IMG/VR virus record: IMGVR_UViG_3300027820_000030
Length of the DNA stretch: 64,000 bases
Reading direction: 5' to 3' (one strand)
Source: an uncultured virus (IMG/VR IMGVR_UViG_3300027820_000030)
Lineage: Duplodnaviria > Heunggongvirae > Uroviricota > Caudoviricetes
The translations under genes were made by a program, and so were the position numbers. Below, in pieces: positions 56,943 to 64,000 of the stretch (position 1 is the stretch's first letter; every line of letters begins with the position of its first letter). The notes below the pieces were generated by a model, which saw only the letters and a list, made by a program, of their open reading frames with translations, was not told the DNA's origin and did not search any database.

Positions 56943-56970
56943 TAAAAAAAGGGGCCGTAGTAGCCCCTTT
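56943..56970 (-). terminator. Intrinsic terminator after coat gene
   Basis: AAAGGGGCTACTACGGCCCCTTTTTTT. Confidence 0.8.
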
Positions 56971-56986
56971 AGTATACCGATAACGG

Positions 56987-58264
56987 TTATGCTTGTCCAA
57001 ACAACTGCTGGCCCCAGAATGGGTTGAAGCAGGCGAAGGTCGGCAACACGTCGAAACGGTAGCGGTTTTTGTTAGCAACACCGTCGCTGAACTTGTGAAC
57101 ACGGATTGAAACGCCTTTGTGATTCACAATCATTGAGTCAGTTGCGTGCAGCTTAGGCAGCACAACTGAACCCATGCCAACGAAGCCTTCATGGTACGCA
57201 AGCGCCGGACGATAGGTAGTTGATACAGTACCATCAATCACAATCGCGTCACCAGAAGTCAGCGCAGACGCTACGGTATTGAACGCACCATTTACACCAG
57301 TCTCATAGATAGCCGCACCAGATACGCTGATAGTAGCATTACCTGAGCCGTCAGCAGTCGCATCCTCAAGCACAGTCAGTGAAATTGGAACCGGAGCGCC
57401 ACCTTTCATGATTGTCTTGCGGTTACGCATGTTAACGATGTTGCGACCAGTGATTTTGATGTTCGTACCAGCAGTGATGGTGCCGGTAGTCGCAGTCAAA
57501 CCAGTGATAGACAGCGTCATGCGATACGTGTCTTTGTAGCCGGTGTAAGTTGCGCTAGGCGTAGCAGCCAAAGTGATACCAGTCAGGTCATTACCTAAAG
57601 TGATTTCAGGCAAGTTGTTGCTGGTCAATACTTGGTTAAAGCCTGCAAAGCGCTCACGTACAACCGCGCCAGCCCATGCTTCATTCACATTAGGGTTAAC
57701 GCCCAATGAAGTCTGAACGTCAGCCAATGCTACTTGGTCATAGTTAGACAGTGCGGCATACATCTTACCAGCAGGTACGCCGATTTCCTTGAACAATGCG
57801 CCAGCTTCTGCAACATGCGCCCACTGGTCAATAGCTTGGTCAGGGTCGCCGGTTTTAAGTGCAGCATTCTTAACCATGAATGAAGCAAGCTCTGATTCAA
57901 GCTCAATAACCAAATCCTCAGCGGCTGGTTTGATAAGCTCGTCAAGCTGGTCAGCTTCAAGCGCTTCTTCAACCTGGGTGTTTTCCAAGTACACAGTAGC
58001 GTAGTTAGACACTTCTGCCTGCACTTTACCAACGCGGATAGGGTTAGCAGACGCAGAAGACATATCACCGTCAGTGGTGCGCTGTGGCACGTACTGAGCG
58101 GGACGCTTCATTGCCACCTGACCGTAATCGCCATCAGTTGACGGGTCAAAGTCATTAACCAGCTGCTTTGATACGGTATTCATTAAGACAGTAGAAGACT
58201 CCATGCCTTTAACGAATGATTTCAACAATTTCTTGTTGACGTTACTTTGATAATCATTAGCCAT
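56987..58264 (-). CDS. Major coat protein (P22 / Sf6 family)
   Basis: MAN...SNV..K.LK.F, KRP.QY, RFDVLPTFACFNP. Confidence 0.92.
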   Translation of the reverse strand: MANDYQSNVNKKLLKSFVKGMESSTVLMNTVSKQLVNDFDPSTDGDYGQVAMKRPAQYVPQRTTDGDMSSASANPIRVGKVQAEVSNYATVYLENTQVEEALEADQLDELIKPAAEDLVIELESELASFMVKNAALKTGDPDQAIDQWAHVAEAGALFKEIGVPAGKMYAALSNYDQVALADVQTSLGVNPNVNEAWAGAVVRERFAGFNQVLTSNNLPEITLGNDLTGITLAATPSATYTGYKDTYRMTLSITGLTATTGTITAGTNIKITGRNIVNMRNRKTIMKGGAPVPISLTVLEDATADGSGNATISVSGAAIYETGVNGAFNTVASALTSGDAIVIDGTVSTTYRPALAYHEGFVGMGSVVLPKLHATDSMIVNHKGVSIRVHKFSDGVANKNRYRFDVLPTFACFNPFWGQQLFGQA

Positions 58265-58275
58265 GATAATTCACC

Positions 58276-59073
58276 TTACAAAAATTCAAGCTTCCCGTAT
58301 GTTTTCTCGAATTCATCAACTTCGAGCGCACCGCCGCCTTTTAAGTCAGGTTGCGGATCGGGAGCCTTAGACACTTTAGGCGTTTTAGATAAAGCCTTAG
58401 CTTTAATGTCAGTCGCAATTTTTACACTGGCTTCGAGTGGCGACATAGATAGCACTTCATACATTTCAGCGGGGTTATCCGCTAAGTACGTAATAACCTG
58501 TGGGCCGTTGGCATCCTTCATTAAGTGTGCCGCTAACTCTTGGCTAATACCGTGCTGATTAATTACCTGCTCTGCGCCGCGCAACTTATCAAGGTCTACG
58601 CCTGAACGCTGTGCGTTTTCAACGTACTTGTTAAGTATTTGCGATTGCTCATCTTGCTGACTTTTCTGCTGCGCCTGCTTTTGTTGGCCTTCATAAAAAG
58701 ACTTAGCTTTAACTTCCGCGACCTGCTCAGCATACGAAGCCATATCACTATGGTACTTGCGCATTGCTTCCTCATCGTACATATCAGACGGAAACTCAGG
58801 GCGTTTGATTTCGCTAATTTCCTGTTGAACCTGCTGCGGCTGTTGATTGCCTTGCTCAAGTTCTGCCAGTCGTTTAGCTAATTCGTCACGCTCGCGCTCT
58901 GCCTGATAGCGTTTTGCAGTAATGTCGTTAAATCGCTTTTGAATGCCGTTTTGTTTCTCTTCGTGGTTTTCTCCACTATCCGGTGATGAATCGGCGGGTT
59001 CATTTAACTGTTCAGGCTCGTGGATTTCCGTTTCATCTACGTCCTGCTCAATCTCATGGTTTGCATCTGTCAT
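58276..59073 (-). CDS. Scaffolding protein
   Basis: Acidic/Gln coiled-coil, IQKRF..ITAKRY; start reassigned to MTDANH. Confidence 0.8.
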   Translation of the reverse strand: MTDANHEIEQDVDETEIHEPEQLNEPADSSPDSGENHEEKQNGIQKRFNDITAKRYQAERERDELAKRLAELEQGNQQPQQVQQEISEIKRPEFPSDMYDEEAMRKYHSDMASYAEQVAEVKAKSFYEGQQKQAQQKSQQDEQSQILNKYVENAQRSGVDLDKLRGAEQVINQHGISQELAAHLMKDANGPQVITYLADNPAEMYEVLSMSPLEASVKIATDIKAKALSKTPKVSKAPDPQPDLKGGGALEVDEFEKTYGKLEFL

Positions 59074-59191
59074 ATTGTAAGCACCTTTTGGTGAATTAAA
59101 GCCGTGTAAATGACACGTGGCATGTGTTGACATTCTAATCCTACCAGTGATAATCTGACAAAAATAACGGGTATGATAAGGTGAACTGGTA

Positions 59192-59434
59192 ATGCCATAT
59201 GTAGCAACAAAGCGAAGCAGTAGAGAAGAGTTAACAAAGCTAATCAGATTGATACGCGACAAGTTTGAATTAAAGGTCGGCGACCAATTGCCCGACCAGC
59301 GCGGCGCATCTGAACTTGTGGGCGTGTCTAGAACAAAGTATCGCGAGGCAATAGTAAGCCTTACGTTTGCTGGATACATTGAATGCTTTCAGGGTAAGCC
59401 GTCTGTTGTTATTAAAGATATGAGGGATATATGA
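59192..59434 (+). CDS. Stand-alone GntR/FadR-type winged-HTH protein (unit B)
   Basis: GDQLPDQR..SELVGVSRTKYREA...GYI...QGKPS. Confidence 0.82.
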   Translation: MPYVATKRSSREELTKLIRLIRDKFELKVGDQLPDQRGASELVGVSRTKYREAIVSLTFAGYIECFQGKPSVVIKDMRDI

Positions 59435-60617
59435 AAAAATCCAAACTAGCACAATCCATCGACATCAAGCGCGAACACGATACTACTGTGGCGAACGTTC
59501 AAGACGCAATGAAGAAAATGATTCTGGCTATCGAAAACCAGGATGAGGAATTAATGGGCGAACTCGTAAAGCAGTACGGCGAACAAACTGTTAGAGCGCT
59601 GGGTAATAAGCTTGTCGAGCGCGGGCTATTGGGAAGGGCTGAGTATGGGCATTAATCGTGGCACGGGCAGGACTACCAAGCAAATGATTAACGCCAAGAA
59701 TGGCGCTGTATTCGCGTGGCCCAACCATCACCTGCAATACCCTAGAATGCTGGCTGAACGCATAGGGAGAGCCGACCTCAAAATAGCGTCAGCCACGAGC
59801 GTTTTTGCACGAGACAATTGGCGTGGGAACATGGATATAGTCGTTGACCACGCTTGCTATTATTTATGCAACCCAGCGACCCTTGAATCAATAAACGAAT
59901 ACTTCAATTGGCGCAGACATAAGCTCAACAGCGAAGGCTTCAATAATGATTAACTGGCAACAACTAGCAACGCCGCCCGAAGTAATGGGCAACATGATAG
60001 CTGAGGCTATCGCGTGGGCGCAGATGGATTTAGCTTACGACAGAATCAGCTACTCTGAGTTCCTGTTTGCGCTAGATGAAATTTTTGAATGTTTGGAGGA
60101 ATGGTGATGAATGAATTTATGCTTGAGTTGGTGTTTGGCTTGATTTGGTATTTATTGACAGGTTTTTGGTGTAGAAAGTTGGTAATGAATTACGGCACGA
60201 AAAAAGAGATTCCTATGGATTTTATACCATCCATCTGCTTTGTTCTGCTGTGGGCTTTGGTAGTGCCGCTAATTGTGCCAATAATGGCAGGGATTGACGA
60301 TGCGTTTAAGAAGGTGAAGGAAGGGGTTTTGTGATGGATAAGGACCAAAAAGTAATCGCCTGCTTGATAGCGGTGAATGTAGGTTTTATTGTTTTTGTGC
60401 TGTTTACGGCTTTGTTGGGGTTAAAATGAAACCACACATAAAGAAAGTTAATGGGGTTTGGGAGTGTAGAGGTGAAATTTACACTGGACGCGCAGAAACC
60501 CCAAAGCTTGCGTTGTATAACCACTGCCTATGCATCCAAGTTTACCCAACGGCCATTGTCAGTGATATTGAAAAGGTTATTGACTGCTGGCATAAGCGGA
60601 ATAACAGAAGGGGCTAA
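59431..60617 (+). other. Antisense island of small ORFs between scaffold and portal
   Basis: 59431-59655, 59645-59953 (RGTGRTT), ~60104-60334 (TM), 60426-60617. Confidence 0.65.
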
Positions 60618-60624
60618 CTAGCCC

Positions 60625-62661
60625 CTACTGCAATCCTGTTAACTTACGCGCATTCTCAATGCGCTTACTAACTGTGTCAGTGTTTTTATTCACTATGTCA
60701 GCGCTGGCCTTCTGCGCATCAATCGTAACCTTCTGGCGTTTGGTTTCTGCATCAAACGCCTTAACCTGGACCTCTGCCTGTTTCGTCAGCGCGTCAGCTT
60801 GGTCAGCCTTGGCTTTCTCCATCTCAGCCATTGCCAGCAGCGTATTAGCGTCTGGTTGTTGATTCTGAGCAGCGGCTTGCATTTGCTGTTTCTCTTCGTC
60901 TGTCATTTCATCAAACGGAATCAAGCCTTGTTGCAACATCTGCGAGCGGCGACGTTTAGAAATGATATCCATATAAGGCGCATCAACAGACTTAGCCATA
61001 ATATCACCAGCCATAGCCATCCACGTTGGGTCAGTCTTAGCCAGCTCAATAAGCGCATCACGGGCAGCTTCAAGACGGTTGCTGAATGCAGGTCCAGTAT
61101 CACAGTAAACCTGATAGCGACCTTGTGACAGGTCATTTAATACCACCATTTGCTGCGTCTGCGTGTCGTAAATCTCTTCGTTTAACACAACCTCTTCTTC
61201 GGTTCCATCCATGTTGAGAATGGTAAACTGTCTGCGAGTATCGTAGATAACCGGAATGGCTTCGCTCAATATCTCACCGGTGCGCTTAATGCCTTTAGCC
61301 AATGCGTTAACCCATTTGCGGGTTGTAGACATGCCGCGGTCAATCTGCATACGTAGCGCTTCTTCACTCATGCGTCCTGCATACTGCCCATTCATCGCAT
61401 TGTTAACGCCAGCAGTCACCAGCAGGCCCATAGCCATTTCTTGCGCCGTATTGGTTAAATGCGGGTTAGGTGTCGCGCCTTGTGTTTCGTATGGCGGCGA
61501 AGCTTCACCGTCTGGATTGTAGAACTGAACAGGGTCGTTATTCGTGTTCATTGTCGCAAGCTTCTTCTCGTGACCTTTAGCTTGCTTAGGTGTCATCATT
61601 AGCTTCTTCTTAGGAGCCAACGCGCCCTCTTCAATCTCACGCGAGCGGGCATAGTTCAGGACGCGGTTATAGTCCATCATCTTCATTGTGATGCCTGAAC
61701 AAATGCGCTTAGACGTAGAGCCCACTACTTCATAGTTGCCATACACAGTAACAACAGGGTTTGACCTGAACGCGGTTTCCTTCTCTTTGCTTAACCAGCC
61801 TTTACCGTCCATCATGCGGTAACAGAATTTACTGTCTTCGATTTCTTTCGTTTTGGCTACGGTTATTCCGCGCTGCGCCAACTCATCAACGACTCTCATG
61901 AACTTGTCGTCAATCTCATAGACTGAGCCGTTAGTCATTAATGCAACCTTGGTTTTAACCGGCTTGCGATAGTACTTGGTCGCAATGACAATAACTTCAG
62001 CCTCGTAATCGCTGAACTGGTCGTAAGTATGCGCGTCATCAATACTCACGCACGAGCCTTCGGGCCACTTCTCTTTGTATTCTTCCGGTGACAAGGAGTG
62101 CAACACATAGGTGCAGTCAGCATCTGAATTATCAGGCTGTGTGGCTGTAGGGTCTGTCCAAATACGATTAACAGCGTTTGGTATGGCCTCGATGCACAAG
62201 TCTTGCTCAAACGACCATGGGTGTGTGTATTTGTTCTTAACTATCCAGGCATCAAAACCACGACGCAAAATACGGCGGCCAGCATCACGATAAATATCGG
62301 TCGCGCCACTCATATTCTCAATCATGCGAATCATGCCTTCACGCAAGTCAGCAAGGTCACGACTCGCACCGTCAGACATTGGTCTTACGTTAATGGCAAA
62401 ATCCATATCTTCGATTTCACCGGCGATAAATTCAATAGCTGGCGTGGTCTGGTCAAACGTATATCGCGGCCTGCGGTTGCTGTCCATCTGACGGGCTACA
62501 TGCTCTTCCCATTGCCCATCCTTATCAAGCACAAACGCATCCTGTTCACGCATTAATTCCCGCATGTCGCGGTCTGCGTCTTGATACGCGCCTAATTCCT
62601 GTAGCGATGCGAGAAACTCACCATCTCTATCTTCTGCGCCTTTCTTACGTTTGTATGCCAT
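60625..62661 (-). CDS. Portal protein (P22 gp1-like)
   Basis: GQWE, RPRYTFD, GRYQV..DTGPAF..R, Gln-rich barrel tail. Confidence 0.9.
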   Translation of the reverse strand: MAYKRKKGAEDRDGEFLASLQELGAYQDADRDMRELMREQDAFVLDKDGQWEEHVARQMDSNRRPRYTFDQTTPAIEFIAGEIEDMDFAINVRPMSDGASRDLADLREGMIRMIENMSGATDIYRDAGRRILRRGFDAWIVKNKYTHPWSFEQDLCIEAIPNAVNRIWTDPTATQPDNSDADCTYVLHSLSPEEYKEKWPEGSCVSIDDAHTYDQFSDYEAEVIVIATKYYRKPVKTKVALMTNGSVYEIDDKFMRVVDELAQRGITVAKTKEIEDSKFCYRMMDGKGWLSKEKETAFRSNPVVTVYGNYEVVGSTSKRICSGITMKMMDYNRVLNYARSREIEEGALAPKKKLMMTPKQAKGHEKKLATMNTNNDPVQFYNPDGEASPPYETQGATPNPHLTNTAQEMAMGLLVTAGVNNAMNGQYAGRMSEEALRMQIDRGMSTTRKWVNALAKGIKRTGEILSEAIPVIYDTRRQFTILNMDGTEEEVVLNEEIYDTQTQQMVVLNDLSQGRYQVYCDTGPAFSNRLEAARDALIELAKTDPTWMAMAGDIMAKSVDAPYMDIISKRRRSQMLQQGLIPFDEMTDEEKQQMQAAAQNQQPDANTLLAMAEMEKAKADQADALTKQAEVQVKAFDAETKRQKVTIDAQKASADIVNKNTDTVSKRIENARKLTGLQ

Positions 62662-62672
62662 GCTATTTCTCA

Positions 62673-64000
62673 CTAGTAAAATGAGTCGAATTCGATTTCA
62701 ACACTTTCTGACTTGCCTATTTTGTTAGCCTGCACCGCGTGCCTGCGCATCATGTACGCATAACGGATAGCGTCAAGCAAATCATCGTTCACCTTAACTA
62801 TCTTGCCGTTGTCGTCACGGTGGTACTGTAAAAACTCATCAAAAACATCAGATAGGTTATCGAATATCTTGAATTTACCCAATTCTATCAGATTATACAA
62901 TTCTACCAAACCTTGTTCTACACTGGTCGCGCCGCCCTTGGCAGACGTACCCCATGTGGCGTGCTCGTGCAGCATATTCCAACCAGCATCCTCGTAGTAT
63001 GATTTCTGCTGATTACCTGTGCCTTTTTCAGTTTGGAACCCGTCAGCAGGCCATGCCGTTGGTGCATCTTTTGCCCATGATTTTACCTGCTGCCATGCTT
63101 GATACGGCTGCTGCTTCGACTTCTTCCATGCCCTAGCCACATAAAACACATCATTGTCTTTATCCCACCATAATTGTATATGCGCTTGCGGGTGGTCCCA
63201 GCCAAAATCCATTCCATCGATAACCCACCAATGAGCAGGGATGTCGAACGGCTTTTCGGAACACAAACTCTTAACGTCAAGGTCGAATATCAACCCAGCG
63301 CCTAACAATGGTATACCTTTAGTACGCATATCACGCTGCCATGCTGGGAACATGGCCAGTAATGTTTGTTTGGTTTCATCCGTTAAGTGCTGAGCATCAT
63401 CCCATGTTGCACGCTGAATGTACTGTCCTGGCTCTGGGTTGTCCATGAATTGAACGACCAACTCAGTGCGCCCATTCTCAGGTGTGAATGTAAGTATGCC
63501 TCTGCCGCCATTGCCTTTGTCGCCGGTAGCGGTACGGGTTAATACCTGCGGGTATATAAACCGGTCCTTCGGCTCTTCGTCGATGTGATACCAGTCAACA
63601 GAGTCACCCATCAAAGCATGTTGCCCCTGTGAGTATGACCAAAACTGACAACGTGAAACGCCACCAGATTTATGCTTAACCTTTACCTCGCGAACGCATC
63701 GCGGAGTGCCCATCATCGGGATGGCGTCTACAATCCTTTCTTTTGGAATTATACCGCCTTCTAATTCTCCACCTGAATATGAGCCGAATATTGGTTGTTG
63801 TAAGATGTCACGTATCTTGTCGCCTGAATAACCTAGTATCCAGACTAGCGGGGGATGCTTAAATCTGTGCCCTTCCCAATCTTCTGGATAGTCGCCGGTC
63901 AAATGCACAGCGTCAACAAAACAACCCGTATAAGACTTTCCTACTCGGTTGGCCGCCATTAAACATGATGCAATATTATCGCGAGTGGCGTTTACAAACT
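62673..64000 (-). CDS. terL: Terminase large subunit (P22 gp2-like), 5' truncated
   Basis: MAANRVGKS, IDEEP, LTFTPENG, GMDFGWDHP, DDLLDAIRYA; frame open to the window edge. Confidence 0.93.
   Translation of the reverse strand, partial: FVNATRDNIASCLMAANRVGKSYTGCFVDAVHLTGDYPEDWEGHRFKHPPLVWILGYSGDKIRDILQQPIFGSYSGGELEGGIIPKERIVDAIPMMGTPRCVREVKVKHKSGGVSRCQFWSYSQGQHALMGDSVDWYHIDEEPKDRFIYPQVLTRTATGDKGNGGRGILTFTPENGRTELVVQFMDNPEPGQYIQRATWDDAQHLTDETKQTLLAMFPAWQRDMRTKGIPLLGAGLIFDLDVKSLCSEKPFDIPAHWWVIDGMDFGWDHPQAHIQLWWDKDNDVFYVARAWKKSKQQPYQAWQQVKSWAKDAPTAWPADGFQTEKGTGNQQKSYYEDAGWNMLHEHATWGTSAKGGATSVEQGLVELYNLIELGKFKIFDNLSDVFDEFLQYHRDDNGKIVKVNDDLLDAIRYAYMMRRHAVQANKIGKSESVEIEFDSFY

Larger units (their letters stand above)
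39909..64000. mobile_element. Phage unit B (partial): P22-like podovirus virion module behind an early/lysis region homologous to unit A
   Basis: P22-like TerL, portal, coat, gp4, gp10, ejection proteins and tailspike head-binding domain in P22 gene order. Confidence 0.85.

Noticed and set aside
59074..59379. 102-aa N-terminal extension of the scaffold in the ORF track
   Set aside because: It overlaps the opposite-strand wHTH gene and promoters; composition points to a start at 59073
1..64000. Tandem integrated prophages
   Set aside because: No integrase, att core or host genes seen; the junction lies within homologous early genes

Overview
The window is entirely tailed-phage DNA. I found no host genes, integrase or att site; a marine gammaproteobacterial host is only inferred. 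It reads as two related phage units in tandem. Unit A (1-39908) is an apparently complete circularly permuted siphovirus: lysis cassette, long non-contractile tail genes with a lambda-type G/GT frameshift, head genes, P22-gp3-like TerS with PBSX-type TerL, C5 methyltransferase, prim-pol/helicase replication genes and a RecE-like recombination module. At 39909 the first 191 bp of the window recur with 2 mismatches. The same early-gene/lysis scaffold then repeats in patches, but leads into an unrelated P22-like podovirus virion module (unit B, truncated in TerL at 64000). The strongest candidate for an undescribed system is a FadR-type regulatory circuit. An 11-bp palindrome TGGT-N3-ACCA occurs 8 times. 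In 6 cases it lies exactly 19 bp upstream of a -10 hexamer (activator geometry). In 2 cases it lies inside the 17-bp spacer of sigma70-like promoters for the portal and tail-tube genes (repressor geometry); one site does both. Each unit also encodes a stand-alone FadR-like winged-HTH protein with no acyl-CoA-sensing domain. Other notable items: a CCA-ended tRNA-like RNA conserved in both units, a shared structural anchor domain carrying SGNH esterases, and an iteron-rich probable origin. All family assignments come from motif recognition by eye, not database searches. I cannot tell from sequence alone whether the A+B tandem is a real cointegrate or an assembly chimera.
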